Assembly: GCA_034413595.1 (NCBI GenBank)
Contig: DAOUMC010000025.1
Location: 999-64,998 of the forward strand
Length of the DNA: 64,000 bases
From: Dehalococcoidales bacterium
GTDB taxonomy: Bacteria; Chloroflexota; Dehalococcoidia; Dehalococcoidales; JAUWZL01
Direction of reading: 5' to 3'
Within the stretch, counting starts at the first letter, position 1, and each line of letters opens with the position of its first letter. Below are positions 9,632 through 19,959 of this stretch, piece after piece. The notes under the pieces are model-generated. The model was not told where the DNA came from, made no database searches, and saw only the letters and a list, made by a program, of their open reading frames with translations. Both the position numbers and the translations under genes were made by a program.

Positions 9632-9856
9632 TTACGTGTTGTTCTGCCGGGAGCGGCTACCCCCGCTCATAATAGGCTCGTTAATATAGATATCACCATT
9701 CCTTATCTTCAGGTTGAAGCCGCAACCAGGATTGGTGCACACCCATGCCTTGTAGTGGATAGGCGCTCCCTGGCTGCCAAAATCAGACAGGGGTACCAGG
9801 TCTCCACTATCACACTTGCGACACTTGGGAAAGCTAAACTGTTCCACTAGGTCCAC
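9632..9856 (-). CDS. Small zinc-ribbon protein, unknown function
   Basis: GGAGG SD; CRKC...CTNPGC; 74 aa. Confidence 0.7.
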   Translation of the reverse strand: MDLVEQFSFPKCRKCDSGDLVPLSDFGSQGAPIHYKAWVCTNPGCGFNLKIRNGDIYINEPIMSGGSRSRQNNT

Positions 9857-9957
9857 CTCCCAGCCAGATTTTATCTAAGGAGTATACACTAAATAATCGG
9901 CTCTTGGCAATAGGCGAAGATGACTTTGCTATCTTAAACACAAATTTTGGCCGTGTC

Positions 9958-10548
9958 TTAAGACGGGAGATTCCTGTCAAGCTCGGCCAAACCGATGCGG
10001 CTGTAGACAGCGCCGGTACCGGTCAGCTGGCTTCTCATCAGGCTCAGGGCTTCCACCCTGATACTACAGTCTAGCTCGAGTCTGGTGCTGGCTATAAGCT
10101 CACCGAAGCGCTGGCGCTCGCTAGGTGATGCCTCGTTGCCCAGGCGGGCCAGGGTCAGGTGTGGCGTGAACGGGCGCTCTTCGGCAGCAAAGCCGAGGTG
10201 GGCCAGGTTGGTCTCAAGAAGCTGACAGAGATGTTTCAGCTTGTCTACTTCTCCACCCAGACCGACCCAGAGCACCTGAACCCGCTGCAGACTGGGGAAG
10301 GCGCCTAGCTGCCGGACATCCAGGTCGAAGGGCGGCGTTCTCCGGGCGGCTTCGGTCATAGCCTGGGTGATGGGGGCAATTATGCTCGTGTCAATATCGC
10401 CCAGAAACTTCAGCGTCAGGTGGATGCCCTCCGGCCTTACCCACTTTACCCTGGGCCTGTCCACCCTCATCTTTTTCTGGACTCTGCCCAGTTCCTGTCT
10501 CAGGTCGTCGGGCAGCTCAATGGCGATAAAGGAGCGAACTTTTCCCAT
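9958..10548 (-). CDS. thpR: RNA 2',3'-cyclic phosphodiesterase (2H family)
   Basis: RSFIAIEL start, two HxT motifs (HLTLKFLG, PHLTLAR). Confidence 0.93.
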   Translation of the reverse strand: MGKVRSFIAIELPDDLRQELGRVQKKMRVDRPRVKWVRPEGIHLTLKFLGDIDTSIIAPITQAMTEAARRTPPFDLDVRQLGAFPSLQRVQVLWVGLGGEVDKLKHLCQLLETNLAHLGFAAEERPFTPHLTLARLGNEASPSERQRFGELIASTRLELDCSIRVEALSLMRSQLTGTGAVYSRIGLAELDRNLPS

Positions 10549-10572
10549 TATCCCTCGCCCTTGCCAGTAGCC

Positions 10573-11418
10573 TTATCCGTTGATGCCCAGCAATTTCCGG
10601 GCATTACTGCCTAGAATCTGACTTTTTGCCTCATCGGTAAGCTCAAGAGAGGTTATCTCCTTGACGAAACTCTCCTGAGCCAGCAGGGGGTAGTCGCTGC
10701 CGAAGACAACCTTATCACTGCCGATAAGCCGGCTGACCTGCTTATATATCTGAGGGTCATAGAGAAGCGGTGAGGCCGCGGTATCAAAATAGACATTCCC
10801 TAAGGCCTTTCTTACCTCGGGCATTAAGGCATAAAAGGGCAGACCGCCACCCCAATGGGCACAGACCATGGTCAAATCAGGGTAGTCGGCGATAAAAGGA
10901 TATAGTATCTCCGGGGTGACCGCGCCCTTGCCCTGGTAGATGTGGCCCACCGGCTCGGAGGCATGAGTTAACATAATTAACTTATGTTTTATCATCGTGT
11001 CAACAAACGGTTTCATTATTTCCTCATCCCTCAGGTCAAAGAGCTGGATGTCCGGTCTTACCTCACCAACCCCTCTTATGCCCGCCTGAGCACAGCGTTC
11101 AATCTCATCCAGCGCCGCTTCGGGTGATTGTGGCTGGACGCTGCAGAAGCCGATGAGCCGCTTGGGGTAACGGGCTATTGACTCCAGTATATAATCATTG
11201 GTTTCCATGCATAGCTCATGGGTAACCCAGCTGATGTTCAGAATAACGGAGACATCCACTCCGGCCCGGTCCATGCTGGATATCAGTTCGTCTGTGGTCG
11301 CCAGCTTGGCCTCTTTCTTGGAGTAGAGGATGGCAAAGCACGGGTCGCTGTCAATGTATTTGTTGCGGTTTTTCTTTATCTGAGGCGGGAAGACATGGGT
11401 ATGAAAGTCAATAATCAT
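10573..11418 (-). CDS. Amidohydrolase family protein (Amidohydro_2)
   Basis: IIDFHTH, GVGE, AHWGGG, YFDTAA, FGSDYP. Confidence 0.88.
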   Translation of the reverse strand: MIIDFHTHVFPPQIKKNRNKYIDSDPCFAILYSKKEAKLATTDELISSMDRAGVDVSVILNISWVTHELCMETNDYILESIARYPKRLIGFCSVQPQSPEAALDEIERCAQAGIRGVGEVRPDIQLFDLRDEEIMKPFVDTMIKHKLIMLTHASEPVGHIYQGKGAVTPEILYPFIADYPDLTMVCAHWGGGLPFYALMPEVRKALGNVYFDTAASPLLYDPQIYKQVSRLIGSDKVVFGSDYPLLAQESFVKEITSLELTDEAKSQILGSNARKLLGING

Positions 11419-11449
11419 CCTGATTATGCCAGAACCTTATATCCGAGGC

Positions 11450-12112
11450 TTACTCCTCTCTTGCTTCCTCTGCGGCCGGCGCCTTAGCCTCCGCCTTTCC
11501 CTCGGCTTCGGCCGTTACCTCTTCGGCCGCAACCGCTTTTACTTCCTCTTCAACGGCTATCTGGCTGACCTTGACCACCAGTTGGTCCGGGTCAGTGGTA
11601 ACAGTAACCGCCGGGTCAAGGGCGATATCCTTAACATAGATTGCCTGGTCGGCTTCTTCCAGAGGGCTTATGTCAATCTCTATCCGGGGGGGCAGTTTTT
11701 CCGGCAGGCACTCAACTCCCAGCTGGGACAGCAACTGTTCAATGATATTTCCCTTTAACCTGGTGGCCGGGGCTTCACCTAGTAAGACAATGGGAATATT
11801 GGCCGTCATCTTCTCCGTCTTCTTTACCTGATAGAAGTCAACATGCAGTAGCTGCCGGCCGAGTGTATCCCTCTGGATTTCTCGTATGAACACGCTCCTA
11901 GGTTGCTTCTCGGCCTCAACCTCTACGTCAATAAGCCTGGTAGTTCCTGCCTGGAGAATAACGTGCTGTAGCTCGGCAGTGTCACACTGCAGCGCCAGCG
12001 ACCCGATACCGTGTCCAAAGAGATGGGTGGGGGTGATGCCCTGCCGGCGCAAAAACCTGGTCTTCTTGCCCAGGATGTCCCTTTTGGCTGCCTTTAAAGT
12101 CAGAATAGCCAC
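11450..12112 (-). CDS. rplY: 50S ribosomal protein L25/Ctc
   Basis: LRRQG.TP..LFG, IQRD......HVDFY, acidic Ala/Glu-rich tail. Confidence 0.93.
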   Translation of the reverse strand: MAILTLKAAKRDILGKKTRFLRRQGITPTHLFGHGIGSLALQCDTAELQHVILQAGTTRLIDVEVEAEKQPRSVFIREIQRDTLGRQLLHVDFYQVKKTEKMTANIPIVLLGEAPATRLKGNIIEQLLSQLGVECLPEKLPPRIEIDISPLEEADQAIYVKDIALDPAVTVTTDPDQLVVKVSQIAVEEEVKAVAAEEVTAEAEGKAEAKAPAAEEAREE

Positions 12113-12199
12113 TTAAGCTCCTTTCACAGCTTATTTAAACAGATTGAACCTCAAAAATCAATGGCCTGAGGTTCGGGCGGTCTGCATCTGGTTGTTTGG

Positions 12200-12221
12200 T
12201 GTCATCGCAGGCGAAGCAATC
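12200..12221. repeat. Degenerate TGTCATTGCGAG...AAGCAATC REP-like palindrome
   Basis: TGTCATCGCAG-GCG-AAGCAATC, an internally shortened version of the copies at 43805, 44134 and 47575. Confidence 0.55.
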
Positions 12222-12225
12222 GCTC

Positions 12226-12627
12226 TTAGACGAGCCCCCAGTCTATATAGCCTTGCCGAATAACGGCCAGATATTTCGGTGATGGCTTGGCTTCCTCTGA
12301 CTGCCGGTTCTTGATATAGGTCACGGCTTCTGCGGCTTCACCCGTGTCCCGGTATACCACAACCTTCAGTCTGCTGTAAGTATCGGGGCAGCCCTCGTAT
12401 TTGTCCAGGCGGGCGAGGTCGGTGTCCGGGACTTCATAGATAGCCCCCAGGACCTTATCACCCCGGGAGGACTTGATGCTGGCGACTCCGCCACGCCACT
12501 GCCGTGACCAGCCGGTGAATATCAGCCTGTAGTTGGGCAGTTCGGCGGAGAACCTGGGCTGGCATCCGGGGCAGCGCTCCGCCATCTGCCGGCGATTCAG
12601 ATTTGAGCCATAAGCAAAATAATACAT
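12226..12627 (-). CDS. Gamma-glutamylcyclotransferase family protein
   Basis: YFAYGSNL start, LDKYEG, PSPKYL..IRQG. Confidence 0.9.
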   Translation of the reverse strand: MYYFAYGSNLNRRQMAERCPGCQPRFSAELPNYRLIFTGWSRQWRGGVASIKSSRGDKVLGAIYEVPDTDLARLDKYEGCPDTYSRLKVVVYRDTGEAAEAVTYIKNRQSEEAKPSPKYLAVIRQGYIDWGLV

Positions 12628-12757
12628 ACTTTTCAGAATGTTATTAATGGTGCCGCCGGTAACTACGGCCCGGTGTAATTATACCCAAATGCCGCCTGTA
12701 AAGGAAGCGAAAATGTCCAGGTAATCAAGACGGGCAAGGGTCAGGCTGGCAGGAAAA

Positions 12758-12786
12758 TTGACAATAATCTTCAGGCAGGCTATAGT
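12758..12786 (+). promoter_or_regulatory. Sigma70-type promoter for the 12834 gene
   Basis: TTGACA-17 nt-TATAGT. Confidence 0.7.
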
Positions 12787-12833
12787 AGCATTGATTCGCG
12801 GCGGCAAGGCGGGTTAGCCAGAGGGGCTAGGCA

Positions 12834-13817
12834 ATGAAGGCGCACGATGAGCTGGTTGAAATTGAGCACCTAACCCGGCTGAATGAGTTTGGCCCCGATG
12901 ACCTTTTTATCTGCTGCGCCAGCTTTGAGGACAGGTGCATCTCAGGTGGATTGAAAGCCGGAGCCGGCTTCCGGGTCAAGTTCAGCATCATTTTTGTCAT
13001 TGAGGAAGCTTTCTTTCAGAGGCAGGTTGAAGCCAATCTTTTCAAGCTGCAGACCGAGCTGAGTAAAAAAACCTCTGAGGGCGTCTTTGTTATCCGATGC
13101 CAGAGGGATGACCCGGTTGAGGGCATCAGTCAGCTGAAGGCCATCTGGCCCAGGTGCCGGCCCAAAGACCCTGATGAGCCGTTCATCACCATTGATATCA
13201 GTGGCTTCAGCAAAATCTACCTGCTGGAGCTGCTCCATTTCCTGGTGGCCGAACAGAGCCTGGGAATACCCCGTATCATTCACACCACGCAGACATATTC
13301 CCCGACCAGGCTTACCCGTGGCGTCGAGCAGATCACCACGGTGCCCAACTTCTTTGGCACCATCTCCTTCGACAAACAGAATCTCCTCGTCCTGTTTCTG
13401 GGATTTGAGCCCGAGCGTGCCCTTACGGTGTGGAAGCACTTCAACCCCACAAGAACAATCGCCTTGATAACCAACCCGCCACGTAACGGGAATCTAGACT
13501 ATCTGGAATATGCCCGGAAAAACAACTCCCATCTGCTGGCACAGCCTGCCGTGGAGGTAAGGGATGTACCGGCTGATGACCCCCACGCCGTCAGGAACGT
13601 ACTTGAGGCCATCTATCACGAGGTCAGGGATTCCTTTAACGTGATAATCGGCCCCTTTGGGACAAAACCACAGACGGTGGGCATCTTCCTCTTCTGTCTT
13701 GAGCACCCCAAAGCCCAGGTTGTCTACTCCTTCCCGGTAGACTATACCAAGTCCTACCTTCAGCGTAAGCCGGGGCGCACCCTGCTGCTCCCACTGGCCC
13801 CGGTAGTCAAACTCTAG
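12834..13817 (+). CDS. Hypothetical protein, two Rossmann-like alpha/beta units (CARF/DUF6293-like by inference)
   Basis: 327 aa with own promoter; motifs ASFEDR, DISGFSK, LGFEPER, GPFGTKPQ, QVVYSFP. Confidence 0.65.
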   Translation: MKAHDELVEIEHLTRLNEFGPDDLFICCASFEDRCISGGLKAGAGFRVKFSIIFVIEEAFFQRQVEANLFKLQTELSKKTSEGVFVIRCQRDDPVEGISQLKAIWPRCRPKDPDEPFITIDISGFSKIYLLELLHFLVAEQSLGIPRIIHTTQTYSPTRLTRGVEQITTVPNFFGTISFDKQNLLVLFLGFEPERALTVWKHFNPTRTIALITNPPRNGNLDYLEYARKNNSHLLAQPAVEVRDVPADDPHAVRNVLEAIYHEVRDSFNVIIGPFGTKPQTVGIFLFCLEHPKAQVVYSFPVDYTKSYLQRKPGRTLLLPLAPVVKL

Positions 13818-13826
13818 TCAAACCCC

Positions 13827-13855
13827 TTGACAAAAACCTGTTTTGGCCATACACT
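13827..13855 (+). promoter_or_regulatory. Sigma70-type promoter for the HTH gene
   Basis: TTGACA-17 nt-TACACT. The ORF-track TTG start at 13827 is the -35 box, so the real start is ATG 13866 or 13881. Confidence 0.6.
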
Positions 13856-13865
13856 GTCTATACCT

Positions 13866-14258
13866 ATGTCAGGGCAGGGTATGAGCATCAATCAGGCAGC
13901 CAAGACACTGGGGGTATCAGCCAGGACCATCAGGCGTTACATTAAGTCGGGCAGGATACGGGCTGAGCTAGTGAGCGGCCACTTCGGTGAAGAGTATCAG
14001 ATTTTGGAGCTGCCGGCGGAGCTTTACCCGACGAGACTCAAGGGCAAAAAGCCTGGTCAAGACTCTGGTCAGACCTCTGGACAGACCCCTGGTCAGGCCA
14101 TGGACATTATCCGGGAGCTTCAGGAGAAAAACCTGGCTCTGGCGGCCCAGCTTGGGGCCGCCAGTGAGCGCATCAGGAACCTGGAAACACAGGTAAAGCT
14201 GTTGGCTGCTGCCCGAAGGCCGTGGTGGCAGCGATTGTTCCTGAGACGGGCCGGATAA
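13866..14258 (+). CDS. MerR/excisionase-type HTH + coiled coil + C-terminal amphipathic PWWQRLF protein
   Basis: SINQAAKTLGVSARTIRRYIKSG HTH; heptad segment; RRPWWQRLF tail. Confidence 0.75.
   Translation: MSGQGMSINQAAKTLGVSARTIRRYIKSGRIRAELVSGHFGEEYQILELPAELYPTRLKGKKPGQDSGQTSGQTPGQAMDIIRELQEKNLALAAQLGAASERIRNLETQVKLLAAARRPWWQRLFLRRAG
14052..14099 (+). repeat. 4 x 12-bp tandem repeat (consensus YCTGGWCAGACC) encoding the GQxS/P linker
   Basis: cctggtcaagac tctggtcagacc tctggacagacc cctggtcaggcc. Confidence 0.8.
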
Positions 14259-14280
14259 TCAGATAGCAGGGGCTCAGTCC

Positions 14281-14850
14281 TTAGCTGGCTGGGTGGGCTA
14301 TTCTCTGTCTCGTCCTGATGTAGTGGGTAAAGCCGACCAGGGCTGGCAGGAGCATGCTGTAGGCAACAAGCGACCCGGAATACCCGTACCACCAGCAGAG
14401 TAACGGTAGAGGTATGAAAAGTGCAGCGCTGGCTTTGGTGACATTCTTGGTCTTGAGCAGTACCGCAATGGCCACCCCGCCCACTATCAGCATGGGCACT
14501 ATGACCAGGGTTGCCAGTATGCCGATGGTGGTGGACTCACCACGTCCACCCTTGAAGCCGAGGAATACGGGCCAGTTGTGGCCGACAACGGCCGCCGTGC
14601 CCGAGATGAGTATCAGGATATGAGGCATGCCGGCTGCCTGGGCGATAAGAATGACCAGGGCCCCCTTGGTGGCGTCAACCATACCAACGGCAACTCCTGT
14701 CTTTGCCCCGAGCTGGCGAAAGGCGTTCTGGGCGCCCATATTGCCATCACCCATGTGCCGGATGTCCCTGCCCTTGGCAAGCCGCCCGGCGATATAGGCG
14801 GTGGGGATGGAGCCCATCAGATAACCCATAATAGCTATTAGCCAGGGCAT
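14281..14850 (-). CDS. plsY: Glycerol-3-phosphate acyltransferase PlsY
   Basis: YLMGSIPT, DIR..GDGN.GA.N, DATKG, GHNWPVFLGFKGGRG. Start set at ATG 14850 because the longer ORF runs into tRNA-Leu. Confidence 0.9.
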   Translation of the reverse strand: MPWLIAIMGYLMGSIPTAYIAGRLAKGRDIRHMGDGNMGAQNAFRQLGAKTGVAVGMVDATKGALVILIAQAAGMPHILILISGTAAVVGHNWPVFLGFKGGRGESTTIGILATLVIVPMLIVGGVAIAVLLKTKNVTKASAALFIPLPLLCWWYGYSGSLVAYSMLLPALVGFTHYIRTRQRIAHPAS

Positions 14851-14867
14851 AAAACCCTCCGAGTTTG

Positions 14868-14949
<82 letters not shown>

Positions 14950-15019
14950 GGCAACAAGAGTATTTTATCCTTTGGCGAGCAAGGTTTCAACTGTGTCCGA
15001 ACCAGTGAGGTATGATATT

Positions 15020-15424
15020 ATGTGCATTGTGAGGAAAATTCTCGCCTTTGGCGGAGTGGCCTTGGGCACAGCCGTTGTCGGCATTGCATTCGGGGTTCTG
15101 GGTGCAATCGTAGGGTCAGCCATATTGGCGGAAGACTATGCCGGCTGGGGTATTCTGGTTGGGGCTGTTATGGGTGGGGCAATCGGATATCCCGTTGGCG
15201 TTTTTATCGGGCTGGTCATAATCAACAAGCTAATACGTTACAGCGGGTCGCTGTTACTTAGTTTTATCGGAGTAGCCATAGGAGGTGTGATACCCTTCCT
15301 GGCTGAGCATCTAGGCACGAATATCGGCTCGGGGTTGCTCCTTATTTTGCCGCCGGTTTTGGGGGCAATCGGTTACCATCTGAAAGACAGGCCCTGGAGG
15401 CGACGAGCGGATTCGAACCGCTGA
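15020..15424 (+). CDS. Gly-rich multi-pass membrane protein, unknown function
   Basis: Four hydrophobic GxxxG-rich segments. Start ATG 15020 or GTG 15029; the 3' end reads antisense into tRNA-Cys. Confidence 0.6.
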   Translation: MCIVRKILAFGGVALGTAVVGIAFGVLGAIVGSAILAEDYAGWGILVGAVMGGAIGYPVGVFIGLVIINKLIRYSGSLLLSFIGVAIGGVIPFLAEHLGTNIGSGLLLILPPVLGAIGYHLKDRPWRRRADSNR

Positions 15425-15469
15425 ATAGGGGTTTTGCAGACCCCCGCCTTGCCACTTGGCTACGTCGCC
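15395..15469 (-). tRNA. tRNA-Cys(GCA)
   Basis: GGCGACGTAGCCAAGTGGCAAGGCGGGGGTCTGCAAAACCCC...GGTTCGAATCCGCTCGTCGCCTCCA. Confidence 0.95.
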
Positions 15470-15475
15470 CTAAAT

Positions 15476-15550
15476 TGGAGCGGAAGACGAGATTCGAACT
15501 CGCGATCTCCTCCTTGGCAAGGAGGCATTCTACCGCTGAACTACTTCCGC
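15476..15550 (-). tRNA. tRNA-Gly(GCC)
   Basis: GCGGAAGTAGTTCAGCGGTAGAATGCCTCCTTGCCAAGGAGG...GTTCGAATCTCGTCTTCCGCTCCA. Confidence 0.95.
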
Positions 15551-15555
15551 CCATC

Positions 15556-15641
15556 TGGTGCCGAGAGGGAGATTTGAACTCCCACGAGCCAATGCTCACT
15601 AGCCCCTCAAGCTAGCGTGTCTGCCATTCCACCATCTCGGC
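15556..15641 (-). tRNA. tRNA-Leu(GAG)
   Basis: GCCGAGATGGTGGAATGGCAGACACGCTAGCTTGAGGGGCTAG...GTTCAAATCTCCCTCTCGGCACCA. Confidence 0.93.
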
Positions 15642-15643
15642 TG

Positions 15644-15720
15644 TGGCAGGAGTGGGAGGACTCGAACCCCCGACCGGCGGTTTTGGAGACCGCTGCTCTA
15701 CCAGACTGAGCTACACTCCT
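15644..15720 (-). tRNA. tRNA-Trp(CCA)
   Basis: AGGAGTGTAGCTCAGTCTGGTAGAGCAGCGGTCTCCAAAACCGC...GGTTCGAGTCCTCCCACTCCTGCCA. Confidence 0.95.
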
Positions 15721-15876
15721 AGCAATGACTATATTACCACACAATGCCTAAAAATTTAAGTCCTTAGCAGTGGCTATTATAATCCAAAGGACTCTTTTAT
15801 GTCCATCTGTGGTTGTGATTGACACCCACCCTGGCTCTCGCTAGAATGTCAGGCAATATCTAAAAGGGGTGAGCTG

Positions 15877-17142
15877 TTGCATCAAAAAACAGTCCTGGAC
15901 AGCGGACTTAGGGTTGTCACCGAGACCATGCCCCATACCCAGACAGTATCCATCTGCGTCTTTATCGGCACTGGCTCCCGCTATGAGACCGATGAAATTG
16001 CCGGCATTTCGCACTTTATTGAGCACATGGTCTTTCGTGGAACACAGAAGCGGCCAACCTCCAGGGAAATCTCGGAGGTTATCGAAGGGGTGGGTGGCAT
16101 CCTTAACGGGGGCACCGACCGTGAGGCCACCATCTACTGGTGCAAGGTGGCCCGCTCTCACTTTTCGCTGGCCCTGGAGCTGCTGGCTGATATGCTGCTC
16201 CACTCCAGGTTTGAGCCTCAGGACATGGAGAAGGAGCGCCGGGTCATTATCGAAGAGATTAATATGAGCTATGATTCCCCCTCGCAGAGAGTCAGCCAGC
16301 TCGTTGATGAGGTCTTGTGGCCAGGTCATCCTCTGGGACGTGATATCGCCGGTAGCAAGGAGTCGGTTACGGCTGTAACCAGAGGTGACATGCTCAACTA
16401 CCTTGAGGCTCAGTATCTGCCGACCGGCACCGTCATATCGGTCGCCGGCAATATAAAACACCAGAGAGCGGTGGACACCGCCAGCCGGGTGATGGCCGGC
16501 TGGACGAGCCAGGGGCAGCCTCTGGGATATGACGCCTACAGGGAAAAACCGGCCCGCCGGCTTTGTGTCGAAGAGCGGGACATAGAGCAGGCTCATCTGT
16601 GCCTGGCGCTGCCTGGCCTGTCACTCTTCCACCCCAGGCGTTTCGCCCTTGACCTGCTCAATGTCGTCCTCGGTGAGGGGATGAGCAGTCGTCTTTTTGG
16701 CGAAATTCGTGACCGGCTCGGCCTGGCCTACAGTATCAACAGCTTCGTCGAGCACCTGTCCGACACCGGCTCCGTTGTTGTTTATGCCGGTGTTGAGCCC
16801 AAAAACCTCAGGGTAGCTCTTAGGGCCATTCTGGAACAACTGTCCCTGCTCAAGGAGAAAGCGGTCTCTGAGGTGGAACTATCCAAAGCCAAGGAACTGT
16901 CCAAGGGCCGGCTGCTGCTCCGGATGGAGGACAGCCGCAACGTCGCTGGCTGGCTCGGGGGGCAGGAAGTGCTCACCGGCGATATTCTCAGTGTTGACCA
17001 GGTGCTGTCCATCGTCGATGCCATTACATCCGATGAGATTAAAAAGCTAGCCCGGGAGCTACTGGTGACCAATCGGCTGAGACTGGCGGTGGTTGGCCCC
17101 ATTTCTGAAGATGAACCCCTGGACGAACTGCTGAAGCTATAA
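15877..17142 (+). CDS. M16 (pitrilysin) family zinc peptidase
   Basis: GISHFIEHMVFRGT (HxxEH), GSRYE, EIRDRLGLAYS. Confidence 0.93.
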   Translation: MHQKTVLDSGLRVVTETMPHTQTVSICVFIGTGSRYETDEIAGISHFIEHMVFRGTQKRPTSREISEVIEGVGGILNGGTDREATIYWCKVARSHFSLALELLADMLLHSRFEPQDMEKERRVIIEEINMSYDSPSQRVSQLVDEVLWPGHPLGRDIAGSKESVTAVTRGDMLNYLEAQYLPTGTVISVAGNIKHQRAVDTASRVMAGWTSQGQPLGYDAYREKPARRLCVEERDIEQAHLCLALPGLSLFHPRRFALDLLNVVLGEGMSSRLFGEIRDRLGLAYSINSFVEHLSDTGSVVVYAGVEPKNLRVALRAILEQLSLLKEKAVSEVELSKAKELSKGRLLLRMEDSRNVAGWLGGQEVLTGDILSVDQVLSIVDAITSDEIKKLARELLVTNRLRLAVVGPISEDEPLDELLKL

Positions 17143-17171
17143 AAAAGCCGCCGTCTTTTGACGGCGGCTTT
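17141..17171. terminator. Bidirectional intrinsic terminator between the M16 peptidase gene and groL
   Basis: AAAGCCGCCGTC-TTTT-GACGGCGGCTTT perfect 12-bp stem with A/T tails. Confidence 0.85.
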
Positions 17172-17193
17172 CTGGTTTACCAGTGGTTCAAAA

Positions 17194-18834
<1,641 letters not shown>

Positions 18835-18846
18835 TTAACTCCTGAC

Positions 18847-19146
18847 TCATTTCTTGGACTTCTTGGCCAAAACATCGCTCTCTCGCAGAATCATCAAATC
18901 CTCGCCGTCAATCTTAATCTCGGTGCCGCCATACTTGGCATAGATAATAATGTCACCGACCTGAATTTCCATAGCTATCCGTTTACCATCTTCGGCCAGT
19001 CTGCCCGGCCCCACCGCCAGTACCTCACCTTCCTGGGGCCTCTCCTTGACAGTATCGGGCAAGACGATGCCCCCCTTGGTCACCTCCTCCCGCTCTAATG
19101 GCCGAACCACCAGACGGTCGGCCAAAGGTTGAAGTCTAACCGCCAT
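18847..19146 (-). CDS. groES: Co-chaperonin GroES
   Basis: LQPLADRLVV, TKGGIVLPD, VGPG, YAKYGGTEIK. Confidence 0.98.
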   Translation of the reverse strand: MAVRLQPLADRLVVRPLEREEVTKGGIVLPDTVKERPQEGEVLAVGPGRLAEDGKRIAMEIQVGDIIIYAKYGGTEIKIDGEDLMILRESDVLAKKSKK

Positions 19147-19203
19147 TCTTTTCCTCCTTCTGCTCTTGGTTCAATCAAAAAGACTTTTGATTGGGATTAA
19201 TTT

Positions 19204-19230
19204 TTAGCAATCTCGGTTAGAGATTGCTAA
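19204..19230. promoter_or_regulatory. CIRCE (HrcA operator) upstream of groES
   Basis: TTAGCAATC-N9-GATTGCTAA; consensus TTAGCACTC-N9-GAGTGCTAA with one symmetric substitution per arm. Confidence 0.9.
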
Positions 19231-19440
19231 TATCATAATAGCCCAGTCTGGTCTGGGCTGCAACTCAATAAATAACAGTTTAGAGATGTTGTCAGCAACA
19301 TTTAGGAGATGAGGGACTGTAATTATTATTTATCTATAAATTGCTCTCTAGAATTAAATATCAATTTATTTTCCTTATTAATCTAATTCTTTGGCTTGCG
19401 GGTTAAACGATGTAAAATCCGGGCAGGGGGTTGTCAGGCA

Positions 19441-19959
19441 GTGATTAATGTTGAAATCCACGGTGGTGACATCACCCGGCTTGAGCTTGATGCCCTGGTG
19501 AACGCCGCCAATAACCACCTGTGGATGGGGGGAGGGGTGGCTGGTGCCATAAGACGGGCCGGCGGCGAAGAGATTGAGACCGAGGCGGTGAGTAAGGGTC
19601 CTGTAGCTGTCGGACAGGCAGTGGCTACCGGTGCCGGCAGGCTCAAAGCGAAATACGTTATACACGCCGCGGTAATGGGGCAGGACCTGACTACGAACGC
19701 CGACAAAATCCGGCGGGCTACCAGAAACAGCCTTGTCAAGGCCGATGAGCTGGGCATAGAGAGCCTGGCCTTCCCGGCGCTGGGCACCGGTGTCGGCGGC
19801 TTTCCCGTTGATGAGTGCGCCCGCATCATGATTGCCGAGGTGTTGGGATACTCGGCCAGGAAGTCCGGTCTTAAAAGGGTGGTCTTTGCCCTGCTCGATG
19901 AACGGAGCTACCGGATATTCAGGCAGGAGCTTGACAGGCAAATGGCTAGGCCAGCTTAA
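19441..19959 (+). CDS. Macro domain protein (ADP-ribose binding / O-acetyl-ADP-ribose deacetylase)
   Basis: [37 protein letters not shown]. Start uncertain (GTG 19441 chosen). Confidence 0.9.
   Translation: MINVEIHGGDITRLELDALVNAANNHLWMGGGVAGAIRRAGGEEIETEAVSKGPVAVGQAVATGAGRLKAKYVIHAAVMGQDLTTNADKIRRATRNSLVKADELGIESLAFPALGTGVGGFPVDECARIMIAEVLGYSARKSGLKRVVFALLDERSYRIFRQELDRQMARPA

Noticed and set aside
12146-12174. GAACCTCA-N13-TGAGGTTC inverted repeat upstream of rplY as an L25 autoregulatory leader
   Set aside because: The stem is only 8 bp with a long loop, I recognise no known leader, and it could be the terminator of the upstream gene.
19173-19192. AATCAAAA-AGAC-TTTTGATT hairpin in the groES leader as an RNA thermometer
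   Set aside because: It does not sequester the SD, and CIRCE already explains heat control.
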